This document shows, one piece after another, positions 54,367-64,000 of a stretch of 64,000 bases of DNA (positions are counted from its first letter, which is position 1; each line of letters opens with the position of its first letter). Under the pieces are notes generated by a model, which did not search any database, had not been told where the DNA came from, and was given only the letters and a program-made list of their open reading frames with translations. The DNA is from Amphiscolops sp. MND2022 (Eukaryota): NCBI GenBank assembly GCA_964187785.1, contig OZ076415.1, positions 65,348,001 through 65,412,000 of the forward strand. Direction: 5' to 3'. The translations under genes were made by a program, and so were the position numbers.

Positions 54367-55285
54367 AAGAAAAACCCTCGAGAAACTTTACACACAAGGT
54401 CCAGCTGCTTATGGTAGCGTTGAAAACTTGAAAAAAGCTAGTAAGCTTCCAAAAAGGAAAGTGGAAACATTTTTGGCTCAAACAGACGCTCATACAAAAT
54501 ATCACGCTCCCAGAAAAAAATTTCCACGATTGAAGGTTCAAGCTTACAGAATCAATGAGATTTGGTCGATAGATGTTGCTTATATGGACAAATTAGCAAA
54601 ATACAACAACGGTGTGAAATACTTGCTAGTTGCAGTTGATGTACTATCGAGATTCCTACGGGTTGAACCAATGAAAACAAAAAGTGCAGCAGATTCAACA
54701 AGAGCATTCAAAAGAATGATAACAAAGTCCATTCCCGAAAAAATCTGGTCAGACAAGGGATCAGAGTTTAAAGGGGAATTTAAGCAGTTCTGCGATTCCA
54801 AAAACATTGACATTTACAGCACTCATAGTGAGACAAAATCTGTTTTTGCAGAACGTAATATTCGTTCTCTAAAAAACATTATATATAAACATTTGGAAAA
54901 GAGATGGTCTTATCAATACATCAAAAAACTCCATGACTTTGTTGACATCATAAATTCACGAGTAAACCGAGTGACAGGATTGGCTCCAAAGAAGGTTTCA
55001 GATAAAGATGTACCTCATTTGATTTCTCTGGTTTCTTACAAGTCCACTAAACAGCTACGAGTGCCGAAATTCAGAGTCGGTGACTTTGTGAGAGTGTCAA
55101 AAGAAAACTTACCCTTCAAAAAAGGTTACAAACAGAATTTTACCGACGAAATTTTTCAAATTGAAAAAATCGCAACTCTCAATCCCCCAACTTACAACTT
55201 ACTGGACTCTGAGAAGGAAAAACTCTTGGGCAAGTTTTATCAGCCTGAATTGATTTTGGTGAAAAAGAAAAATGGACGAATTTGA
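54287..55285 (+). CDS. Retroviral-type (rve) integrase
   Basis: WSIDVAYM, IWSDKGSEF and AERNIRSLK give the D,D,E triad; C-terminal FTDEIF..GKFYQPEL. Confidence 0.95.
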   Translation: MPATKNLKKLLKAKRLDRKYGHLSESERKTLEKLYTQGPAAYGSVENLKKASKLPKRKVETFLAQTDAHTKYHAPRKKFPRLKVQAYRINEIWSIDVAYMDKLAKYNNGVKYLLVAVDVLSRFLRVEPMKTKSAADSTRAFKRMITKSIPEKIWSDKGSEFKGEFKQFCDSKNIDIYSTHSETKSVFAERNIRSLKNIIYKHLEKRWSYQYIKKLHDFVDIINSRVNRVTGLAPKKVSDKDVPHLISLVSYKSTKQLRVPKFRVGDFVRVSKENLPFKKGYKQNFTDEIFQIEKIATLNPPTYNLLDSEKEKLLGKFYQPELILVKKKNGRI

Positions 55286-56138
55286 AGTTCATTTATTATC
55301 CACAGCGTCATTAGAAATTTTTGGTGACAATACATTGGCAGCATTCAAAAATCAACTCCCACAAAATATTTCCCTGGAAGGCGACTGGCGTGTGGCTCTA
55401 TCAGAAATTATTTTTCCCTCGGAAATTAATAACGTTTACACAGACTTTTTTTATTACGTTCACACTACCAAAAAGAAAAAAGATGAAGAAAACCTTGACG
55501 AAATTGATGAAGAAAAAGCAGAGGAAATTGAAATTGACTCTGAACCAGTTGTTCCATATTATCAAAAACTAAAGATAAGACCTTCGCTGTACAGTCATAT
55601 CAACAACCTACTTTTTGAAATGCGTTCAAAAGTAAATTTACTCACGGAAGACGGTAAACATAGATCCACCGAAAATGGCCTAGAAATTAAATTTGATGCA
55701 TATGCTGGCTACACTTTTCCTAACAGAAACATTCCCAACCTACTTGGATTCAAGGGAAAAGAGACTGCTTTTGGTATTCATATAGGAAACGAAGACATCC
55801 TGAACAGTAGATGGGTTGTGAATGACTTTCCGGTGGATTTGATTTCTGGCATTAGTCTAATTCTTGTTTACACTGATTTGATTGAATATCAAAACACGGG
55901 CGACGTAAAAGCACCCGTTTTGAGAATCATTGATAGTGGGAAACGTGTTGAAAGTGGCAAGGTCGTGACAACCCAGAATTTGGAAACAAGATCATTTTTT
56001 GATTTACAATACAAGAAACTGTTGGTTCAAAATATTCAAACAATAAGCATTCAACTCAGAACAGAGACTGGGATCCTGGTACCCTTTTGTGGTAAAGGTC
56101 AAGTTGTTTTGACCCTAAAATTTAAAAAATTCGCCTAA
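55272..56138 (+). CDS. Minor capsid (penton) protein
   Basis: LPQNISLEGDWRVALSEI, VYTDLIE..TGDVKAPVLRII and terminal VPF...VVLTLKF. Confidence 0.85.
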   Translation: MDEFEVHLLSTASLEIFGDNTLAAFKNQLPQNISLEGDWRVALSEIIFPSEINNVYTDFFYYVHTTKKKKDEENLDEIDEEKAEEIEIDSEPVVPYYQKLKIRPSLYSHINNLLFEMRSKVNLLTEDGKHRSTENGLEIKFDAYAGYTFPNRNIPNLLGFKGKETAFGIHIGNEDILNSRWVVNDFPVDLISGISLILVYTDLIEYQNTGDVKAPVLRIIDSGKRVESGKVVTTQNLETRSFFDLQYKKLLVQNIQTISIQLRTETGILVPFCGKGQVVLTLKFKKFA

Positions 56139-56545
56139 TGGAAGACTATTACTCAAAGCAAGTGTATTTACCCCATTTCGCCAGTTACAACAGACAACGA
56201 GGTAGTGGAATTGGTGCACTGGCAGCCGGTATTGGCCGAGTGGCTTTACCCTTTGCAAAAAATTTTATTTTACCTGCTGCAAAAAAAATTGGCAAAGAAT
56301 TGCTCGTTCAAAGTGTCCCTGAGGTCTTTGATGTTATTGCAAAGCGAAAATCGCCACGTGAGGCTGCTAAAACAGCTATGAAAAAGACGATAAAGAAGCA
56401 GATTGGTGGAAAAAGCAAACGTTCTTCAAAGAAACGAAAAACCATTACGAAATCAAAACGCAAACAGAGAAGTCGGTCCGATTTCTTTTCAAAAGTCAAA
56501 AATGTCAAAAGTCAAAAGTCAAAACGAAAGATGGTGATGATCTAA
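56138..56545 (+). CDS. Basic core protein (adenovirus pVII/pX-like)
   Basis: QRGSGIG cleavage-like motif, amphipathic helix and Lys/Arg-rich tail; TAATG overlap with the penton gene. Confidence 0.75.
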   Translation: MEDYYSKQVYLPHFASYNRQRGSGIGALAAGIGRVALPFAKNFILPAAKKIGKELLVQSVPEVFDVIAKRKSPREAAKTAMKKTIKKQIGGKSKRSSKKRKTITKSKRKQRSRSDFFSKVKNVKSQKSKRKMVMI

Positions 56546-56784
56546 CAGTGAGTCCTCAAATTGTGACGCCTGATAGCACTCGAACTGCAGCGTTGGAGCC
56601 ACCACCAGTGAAGAAGGTAAAACAGCAGGAAAAGAAACTTTTGAAGCGATTCTAACCAATCTAACAAATACTGTCAAAAGCTTACTAACCAATCTAACCA
56701 AATACTGTCAAAAGCTTACTAACCACGTCGAAATTTGAAGACATTTTATGCAGAGTTCTGTTTAAAGTAGCCTAGGAAATCGTT

Positions 56785-57695
56785 TTTGAGAGTTGAGTTT
56801 GCGAAAAATTTACAAGACTTTTCCACAGGAGTAAATTTCAAAAGTCGCGTAGTTTACGAGATTTTGAACATTTTTTAAACTCAATTTTTGATCATTTTCG
56901 GTCAAAAAAACAAACATTTCTCAACATTGAAAAAAGTTTCGGAGCCAAAATTTGGCACACAACTAGAAAAGAGGACGCTGAAAACGCTGGTGAAAACCGC
57001 AGGGCGCTAGCTTTACCGAGTGTTGAGATTTTGACCAAAAAATGCATTTTTTTAAAAGGCCATTTTTTGACAAAAAATGCCAATTTTCTCAAAAACTGTT
57101 GGTCGGATCGGTCTGAAAATTTGCAGGTAGGTGCGCAAGACGATTTCGAAAAAATGAAATTTGAAAAAGGGGGGTGCATGGAAATTTTGATTTTTTTGAA
57201 AAAATGGAAAAATTCACTTTGCACTCCTCTATTATAGGCGAAATTTGATTGTTCAAGCAGTCAAAGTTGTTTAGAAACCAAATTTGAGAGTTGAGTTTGC
57301 GAAAAATTTACAAGACTTTTCCACAGGAGTAAATTTCAAAAGTCGCGTAGTTTACGAGATTTTGAACATTGTTTAAACTCAATTTTTGATCATTTTTGGT
57401 CAAAAAAACAAACATTTCTCAACATTGAAAAAAGTTTCGGAGCCAAAATTTGGCACACAACTAGAAAAGAGGACGCTGAAAACGCTGGTGAAAACCGCAG
57501 GGCGCTAGCTTTACCGAGTGTTGAGATTTTGACCAAAAAATGCATTTTTTTAAAATGCCATTTTTTGACAAAAAATGTCAATTTTCTCAAAAACTGTTGG
57601 TCGGATCGGTCTGAAAATTTGCAGGTAGGTGCGCAAGACGATTTTGAAAAAATGAAATTCGAAAAAGGGGGGTGCATGAAAATTTGACCTTTTTG
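56785..57695. repeat. Two near-identical tandem copies, 498-bp period, non-coding
   Basis: TTTGAGAGTTGAGTTTGCG starts at 56785 and 57283. Confidence 0.9.
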
Positions 57696-57769
57696 CAAAA
57701 ATGAAAAAAATTCCCGTTCCTCCCCCCCTATAATGCCCAGCAGTCAATACAAGGAAACAAAAAAAGTTA

Positions 57770-58010
57770 GTCGAACATGCATACAATTTTCCTGGAAAAA
57801 ACATGGCGCCTGGAATACCGTAAAAGGTGGTCGAATCAAAATTTAAAGAAATCCAGTCTCTCAGGATACCATAATTGGTTATCGCCTTGTTAAAAGTCGA
57901 ACATGCAAACAATTTTCTTGGTAAAAATGACACCTGGGATACCATAAATAGTGATCGAATCAGAATTCAAAGAATTCAGTCGCTCGGGATACCATAAATG
58001 GTAATCACCT
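57770..58010. repeat. Diverged ~126-bp tandem duplication upstream of pPolB
   Basis: GTCGAACATGCA at 57770 and 57896; recurring GATACCATAA. Confidence 0.75.
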
Positions 58011-58082
58011 CCTTAATTGATCGGAGCGAAGTGCAAAAACATTTTCTCAATCTCAACATTGAGGAACACTCGACTTTCCAAA

Positions 58083-61000
58083 ATGGGTGTGGAGTGTGAT
58101 CTTTGTCTAAAAACATATAGTTCTTTGAGAAATTTGCGTCGGCACAAGCAAAATATACACAACACACAACCCAAAGTTCAACCTTTTGCTTGCTCCGATT
58201 GTGATTTTCAAAACACTTCTCTGGTTACGATGAAACAACATTTTTTACAAAAACATGGACATATAATAGTAAATCATTGCCTTTATTGCAACATAGTTTA
58301 CGGTGAAGCTATGAAATACTCGTATCATCTTGAGCATGATCATGGTTTACCAACAATATTTACACCCCGCGAAAATGACAACATCGAAAGAATGACCGGT
58401 TATCAACAGGTGGAAAAAGCCTTTTGGGGATCATTGGAAACGTATCAACTCAAGCGAAGGATCACATCAATTGATTTATTCGAACTACTTTGTAAGGAAA
58501 AAAATCAAATACAAAACCTTATTAGAGAAAAATGTCGCAATGGACCCAAGAAATTTCAATTAACAACTGAATTGAAGTTAGTTAAACCGAAAGTTGATGA
58601 TGACTCTCAAGAGACAATCACAATTTATACCAACACAAAGTTGCAACCAGTTTACTTTTATGGGATCACAGACAACGACTATTATCAATTGATAGAACAA
58701 CTTACTTCAGCTTTATTTACTTTTGCATCCCAAGGAAGTGGGTGGATTTTGTCCGAAATTAAAAACCTTTTTGTTAAATTTACATCCTATTCTCCCATTC
58801 GGGGTAGCTCTTACATCGCACTTCCAAATAAACTTCAAGGTTGTAGGTCACTACTCAATATTCGGAACATTGAAGATGAGAATTGCTTTATATATTGTTA
58901 TACGGCCGCTTACCACTTGCACACAGACATACCATTGGTTGAAACAAGTTCGTGGCGCTGCAAAACAAACCCAGGCACTTATAATCCTACATATAATCCT
59001 CTGGCAAAAAAGCATGCAGGCAACTTTCGGATGCCAATGCCGTTTCATGAACTTGAACGATTCGAAAAACTCAACAAAGTCCAAGTCAATGTGTTTATAT
59101 TGGAGAAGAAAGATTTGTTACCTCTCAGAGTCTCTAAATTCCCCAGTGACTTTATCATGGATCTTTTATTGTTGTCAGAAGGAGGTTCTCATCACTACGT
59201 ACTGATTACTGATTTGAAACATTTTGTAAACTTTTTGAAAAATAAACAAAGTAGATCGAGGGATGAAATTTGCAGAAACTGTTTTCATATTTGTAATTCA
59301 ATCGGGAGTTTCGAAAGACACAAGCTCAACTGTTACGAAAACGAGGCCGCGGCGATCATATTACCCGATGAGCATAAAAACATACATCAATTCAAAAATA
59401 CAAGAGCAGTTTGGTTTGTTCCACTGGTTATTTACCTTGATAGTGAAGCGCTCCTAGTGCCTTTATCTACATGCGCTCCTTCACCCAGTATTAGCAGTCA
59501 AGTAAAGTTGGAAAAACATGTGCCTTGTGGTTATGCTTTTGTAATTGTAGAACATGGAAATGATAAAGTTTTGTCTTACAGAATCATGCGAGGTCCCGAT
59601 TGCTTGGACGATTTAATAAAAGAATTGGAAAAATTGGCAACAGACATTTATCATAGAAAACAAAGTCACCGAATTTACAAGGGCAAGCCTTCAACGCACA
59701 AAGACACTGTAAATGATTGTTGGATTTGTAAAAAACCTTTCACGAATGACGAGCAGAAAGTGTTGGACCATTGTCATTACAGTGGTACATTCCTAGGGTG
59801 GGCACATTCAGAATGTAATCTACAAAGGAAGTCAATAAACTTCACCCCCGTGATAGCACACAACATGGCTGGATATGATATACACCACATTTGTTCGGCA
59901 ATCAACAATTGTAATCCAAAGAACAAGTTTTCAGTTATTCCTACAACTGACGAAAAGTACATTTCCTTCACATTTTCTGTGTGGGTAAACTCATATACTG
60001 ACAAGAATGGAATGACAAAAAATGTATATGAAGACATGCGATTTTTGGACTCTTTCAAGTTCATGCCCCAGTCACTAGATAAACTGGCGGGTTTCTTACC
60101 ACAGGATAAATTCATTTATCTGGAGAGTCAATTCAATACATACAAAACACCGTCGCAAATTGACTTGCTGAAAAGGAAAGGTGTTTATCCCTATTCATAC
60201 ATGGACAGTTTCGATAAATTTGCCGAGGAAAAGCTTCCCCCAAAAGAGTTTTGGAAAAACACTCTCGCAGGGGGTGAAGTCACAATTAGTGATCAGGATT
60301 TACAACATGCTAGTCTTGTATACCAAGAGTTTGATTGCAAAACACTAGGTCACTATCACGATTTATATTTACACACCGATGTTTTGATTTTGGCCTCGGT
60401 ATTCGAAGAGTTTAGAAAAGTGTGTTATGCAACTTACGGACTGGATTGTGCTCATTTTTATACTGCGTCAAATTTGTCCGGTGAAGCCTTCCTTAAAGTG
60501 TGCAACGCAGATATCGAATTACTAACTAATCGAGAACACCTTGAAGTTGCTGAAAACCTAATCCGCGGAGGAATTTCTTCCGTGTTTGCAAAACGCAAAT
60601 TTGAAGCAAATAACAAATATCTACCAACATACAACTCTTCACAGAAGCAAACATTTGGGCTGTTTATTGATGCAAACAACTTGTATGGAGGAATCATGGA
60701 AAAGTTCCCCTTGCCTTTAAAAAACTTTGTATTGAAAAGAGAAGGCGAAGTTGACCTACAAGAAATACTAAATACTCCAAATGACTCACCAGTTGGATAT
60801 GTATTGGAAGTTGACTTGCATTATCCTGATCATTTGCACGATTTACACACTGATTTCCCTTTGGCTCCTACGAAGGAAACAATTAATTTTTTTTGGCTCG
60901 GTGAATATCAAACACGATTGCTGGAAATGAGTGGAACAAAGACCTTTTCAACAAAAAACAAAAAGTTGATCCAAACACTCTACGACAAAACCAATTATAC

Positions 61001-62252
61001 TATACATTACATGACATTGAAATTATACTGTGAACTGGGGTTACAAGTTACCAAAGTACATAGAGTGTTGCAATTTGAACAGTCAAAATGGCTCCAGCCA
61101 TATATACAGTTAAACACAATGAAACGAAAAGCGTCTACAAACAAGTTTGAAGAAAACTTTTTCAAACTAATGAGCAACTCTGCTTTTGGTAAAACCATGG
61201 AAAGTAAAAGAAAACGATTGTCCATTGAGATTGTCCGCACGCAAGATGAGTTGCAAAAGCAAACAAGCAAAATGTGGATGAAAACATTCAAGATTTTCAA
61301 CAACCAGTTGGCTGCCATAACGTTTGCACAGCGCAAAATTTACTGGGACAAGCCAACGATAGTCGGCGCTACCATCTTGGATTTATCTAAACGACATATG
61401 TACTGGTTTCATTACATGTACATGAAACCAAACTTCCGAACATTAGTGCTCTACTCCGATACAGATTCCCTAATTTATGAAATCGAATCGGAAGACATAT
61501 ACGCTGACCTCAAAGAAAACGAACAAGTGCACCCAGAGTTTGACTTTTCAAACTATAAAGAAGATAATCAACTATATTCCAAACATCAAAAGTTGGAAAC
61601 TTTGAAATTCAAAGACGAAGTTGGTGGTAAAATCATACACAGCATTGTTGCACTAAAATCAAAATTGTATTCAATCGCGATGGGTGATCAACAAAAAATT
61701 TCTGCCAAAGGAACCACCAAACATGCACAAAAGAACCTACAACACTCTGTATTTTATCGAATTCTCGAAAAAGAAACACTACTTAGAACATTAAACTACA
61801 CAATAAATAGTGAAAGACATAATCTGTTTACCTTGCAGACAACAAAAATTTCTCTAAGCTGTTTTGACGATAAAAGATATATAATGCCAAACGGCGTTGA
61901 TACCTTACCTTTTGGACATTATTCTTTGCGAGACGACGTAATATTCAGAGAAATTGGGGCGGATTGCGATTGGGGGGACGAGGAGGAGGAGGACTTTATT
62001 CAGTCACCGATACAGTCAAACTCCAACCAACCAGCTTTATTTTCCCCACCCGACCCTGGACTTTATCAAGATGCAATAGAAGAAAGTGAATTACCAGACG
62101 TTATTGACCTAACAGAGTTGTCTGATTTCGAAGAAGACTTACCCAATACCCAGCCAAATGTATTTTTAGACTGTGAAGCAGTGGAAGTTCCCACCCGTGG
62201 TCCCCCTCCTCAGAAAAAAGTCAAATTTTATATTGATAATGAATTACAGTAA
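58083..62252 (+). CDS. pPolB: Protein-primed family B DNA polymerase with N-terminal C2H2 fingers and endonuclease VII-like insert
   Basis: Exo I YLDSE, Exo II HNMAGYD, Exo III YLHTDV; Pol A DANNLYG, B KLMSNSAFGK, C YSDTDS; CWIC...DHCH...HSECN. The likely ATG is 58083 (the track starts at TTG 58017). Confidence 0.97.
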   Translation: MGVECDLCLKTYSSLRNLRRHKQNIHNTQPKVQPFACSDCDFQNTSLVTMKQHFLQKHGHIIVNHCLYCNIVYGEAMKYSYHLEHDHGLPTIFTPRENDNIERMTGYQQVEKAFWGSLETYQLKRRITSIDLFELLCKEKNQIQNLIREKCRNGPKKFQLTTELKLVKPKVDDDSQETITIYTNTKLQPVYFYGITDNDYYQLIEQLTSALFTFASQGSGWILSEIKNLFVKFTSYSPIRGSSYIALPNKLQGCRSLLNIRNIEDENCFIYCYTAAYHLHTDIPLVETSSWRCKTNPGTYNPTYNPLAKKHAGNFRMPMPFHELERFEKLNKVQVNVFILEKKDLLPLRVSKFPSDFIMDLLLLSEGGSHHYVLITDLKHFVNFLKNKQSRSRDEICRNCFHICNSIGSFERHKLNCYENEAAAIILPDEHKNIHQFKNTRAVWFVPLVIYLDSEALLVPLSTCAPSPSISSQVKLEKHVPCGYAFVIVEHGNDKVLSYRIMRGPDCLDDLIKELEKLATDIYHRKQSHRIYKGKPSTHKDTVNDCWICKKPFTNDEQKVLDHCHYSGTFLGWAHSECNLQRKSINFTPVIAHNMAGYDIHHICSAINNCNPKNKFSVIPTTDEKYISFTFSVWVNSYTDKNGMTKNVYEDMRFLDSFKFMPQSLDKLAGFLPQDKFIYLESQFNTYKTPSQIDLLKRKGVYPYSYMDSFDKFAEEKLPPKEFWKNTLAGGEVTISDQDLQHASLVYQEFDCKTLGHYHDLYLHTDVLILASVFEEFRKVCYATYGLDCAHFYTASNLSGEAFLKVCNADIELLTNREHLEVAENLIRGGISSVFAKRKFEANNKYLPTYNSSQKQTFGLFIDANNLYGGIMEKFPLPLKNFVLKREGEVDLQEILNTPNDSPVGYVLEVDLHYPDHLHDLHTDFPLAPTKETINFFWLGEYQTRLLEMSGTKTFSTKNKKLIQTLYDKTNYTIHYMTLKLYCELGLQVTKVHRVLQFEQSKWLQPYIQLNTMKRKASTNKFEENFFKLMSNSAFGKTMESKRKRLSIEIVRTQDELQKQTSKMWMKTFKIFNNQLAAITFAQRKIYWDKPTIVGATILDLSKRHMYWFHYMYMKPNFRTLVLYSDTDSLIYEIESEDIYADLKENEQVHPEFDFSNYKEDNQLYSKHQKLETLKFKDEVGGKIIHSIVALKSKLYSIAMGDQQKISAKGTTKHAQKNLQHSVFYRILEKETLLRTLNYTINSERHNLFTLQTTKISLSCFDDKRYIMPNGVDTLPFGHYSLRDDVIFREIGADCDWGDEEEEDFIQSPIQSNSNQPALFSPPDPGLYQDAIEESELPDVIDLTELSDFEEDLPNTQPNVFLDCEAVEVPTRGPPPQKKVKFYIDNELQ

Positions 62253-62580
62253 TATCATTCACTAATTTTTCTTTGTATAACGTTAACAGCATAATAAAGC
62301 TTGAATTTGTGAAATTCATTATGTTTTCAAACAAGAGTTTACTTCGAGAAACGAAGAATGGTGGTTTACAGTTATATTAAATTTAACTTGGGTAGGTCAG
62401 GGGTTGGCAACAACATGTAGATTCAAAACGAATTTGTTGGGAAGTTGAGATAATTTACAGGTAGAAATAAGAACACCGCTACCACTACATTTGGAGGAAC
62501 GCATATTACTATTCCTAATAATATTAAGCGTACATACAGATAAGAAAGTTGGAAATACCACTCCCTTTATTTACAAGAAA

Positions 62581-62933
62581 GTTGTACCAGTATTAGTCAA
62601 TCCAGCTTTACAATTCAATTACAACAAAATTTCAAGGTTAGTACTTTCCAAACTTTCAGGCATTTAAAGAATAAACAAGAGTGTCTACGCTTTTACATGT
62701 ACTTTCGCAAAAATCCGATTCCAGAAACGAATACAAAAAGAATCCAAAAAACGAATACAAAAAGAATCCGACCAATAATTTACTTTCGTAGTCAAAAGCC
62801 GAAGTATTTCCGAACACCAATTTGGAAGGACCCCTTCCTTTTAGGGATAGGTCCTAAAATTTCAGAGCAAGGACCCACCCCGTGAAAACCGAGGACCCCC
62901 CCCGTTGAAAGGCCGGCTGAAATCTTAACTACT
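62581..62933. repeat. Right TIR (353 bp)
   Basis: Matches the left TIR plus an internal ~30-bp duplication and a shorter G/C run. Confidence 0.93.
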
Positions 62934-64000
62934 TACGTTTTCGTCCGCCCAATTCGGCCCCCTCCTCCACTTTGATGGCTGCTCGACCAGGAAAGGTCTT
63001 GCTTTTGCAATGTTTCATTCACCTCTGTCTTTTGCCTCAAGTTTTTTTTGGTCCCTTCAAGGCGAGGAAGTTACCTGTCTACTCCAGAAGTACGTTGAGT
63101 ATCAAATCAGTGCTGACCAGTTTTACTATACATTTATATAACAACATTTGTTATATGCTCTTTGGAAATGTAACACTTGGAAATGTAAACGTTTTTGTTG
63201 TTGTTATTTTTTATTCTTTGTTAGGTTATTTTCTGTTCCAATGTTGTTAAACCTAGTAATTCATTTTACTTTAATTCAAAAACCTTAAACTGAATCTTAA
63301 TTTTTTAAAATCAGAAATGGAAAATGTCTAGGAAAACTGTGATTGGCAGGTCATATTGGTAAGCCATTGTTCCACCCCAGCTCAGATAATTTGTTTTCAA
63401 CCAGTGCATCAGTTTAGTGCATTGTTACTGATGGACGTCATTTCACGGAAGTTCACATCGAGGAAGGTTAGAACTTTTTCATAAAAACAATTTGATATTT
63501 TTTCATCTATCTTCATTGGGAGCGTACCGTAAATGATCACATAGTTGCAAACTCTATCTTCTGTCTTTATACATGCCTCCATTAATTTCACCACCTCTCG
63601 AGCAAGGAACAAGATTTCAAAATCCAAGTACTTCTTGGTAAGCTGTGAAGGTCCTTACTATTTGGACGATATGGTTGTACTCCAGATTTTTATAAATAGT
63701 GCTTTCAGGCCTTGAAGTATTCGTTGGCGACGCTGCTGGCTGGGAAGAAGCTGATTCTTTACTCAACCCGAAAATCGAAGAGCCAGCAGCTCGTCCGGAT
63801 GCTAACCTCGATGAAAGACTTTGAGCTTCCTGGAAAGACCAACAGTCGAGGTGTTCTTCCACTATATGCAGCCAGGCGAAATGATCTCCCAGCCGAGCAA
63901 TTTTGCCCATGTGGTTTTGACGCGGTCCCAAGGAAGATCTGCGATTGCGGACTGGCAGGGATGCGACAGGGGTGACCCACGCAGAGTAACAGACTGTCTC

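Larger units (their letters stand above)
50336..62933 (+). mobile_element. Maverick/Polinton, 12598 bp, lacking recognisable major capsid and protease genes
   Basis: AGTAGT...ACTACT termini, long TIRs, 6-bp TSD TACGTT (50330-50335 and 62934-62939); pPolB, integrase, ATPase and penton genes. Confidence 0.97.
34350..63480 (+). repeat. Tandem array of a SET-domain gene segment (~1.5-1.6-kb units), interrupted by a satellite expansion, a LINE fragment and a Maverick
   Basis: The unit anchor AGGGCCGTTTCAAG (or variant) recurs at about 34564, 36179, 37704, 39301, 41296 and 50281; the last unit resumes at 62934 and ends near 63480. Units are joined through TAG/TATAG-rich simple sequence. Confidence 0.92.

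Noticed and set aside
56892-57945. Minus-strand ORFs in the 498-bp duplication as a capsid or protease remnant
   Set aside because: Phe/Lys-rich translations of AT-rich repeat DNA; no jelly-roll or His-Asp-Cys motifs.
61160-61195. Phe instead of Tyr in pPolB motif B (NSAFGK)
   Set aside because: FGK is a common variant in animal Polinton polymerases and is not evidence of inactivation.
63409-64000. ORF fragments at the window end
   Set aside because: Possibly a decayed gene on the minus strand, but there is no recognisable motif and it is cut by the window edge.

Overview
Eukaryotic (invertebrate-like, AT-rich, small GT-AG introns) window made almost entirely of nested mobile DNA; there are no prokaryotic features. 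(1) 1-7642 and 25531-~33600 are a decayed, mostly plus-strand gene cluster: a TRAF/MATH gene, a duplicated TATA-headed non-coding unit, and two tyrosine-recombinase pseudogenes, the second apparently split by the LTR element. (2) 7643-25530 is a young, 17.9-kb Ty3/Gypsy-order LTR element on the minus strand. It has 1580-bp LTRs, a CCAT target duplication, PBS, PPT and a gag/pol -1 frameshift. It is unusually complex: a TARG1-like macrodomain in Pol, a chuvirus-like fusion glycoprotein as env, a PAM2 + coiled-coil + TRAF accessory gene, a stop/start-coupled cluster of small paralogous ORFs, an antisense gene and three 97-bp pseudoknot-forming repeats. (3) ~34350-63480 is a tandem array derived from an intron-containing SET-domain gene: ~1.6-kb units, then a ~420-bp satellite that is the SET exon itself, 22 exon copies by my count. 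(4) Inserted into that array are a CR1/L2-like 3' fragment and a 12.6-kb Maverick/Polinton (50336-62933, 6-bp TSD) with no detectable major capsid or protease gene. All protein assignments come from motif recognition by eye; no database search was run.
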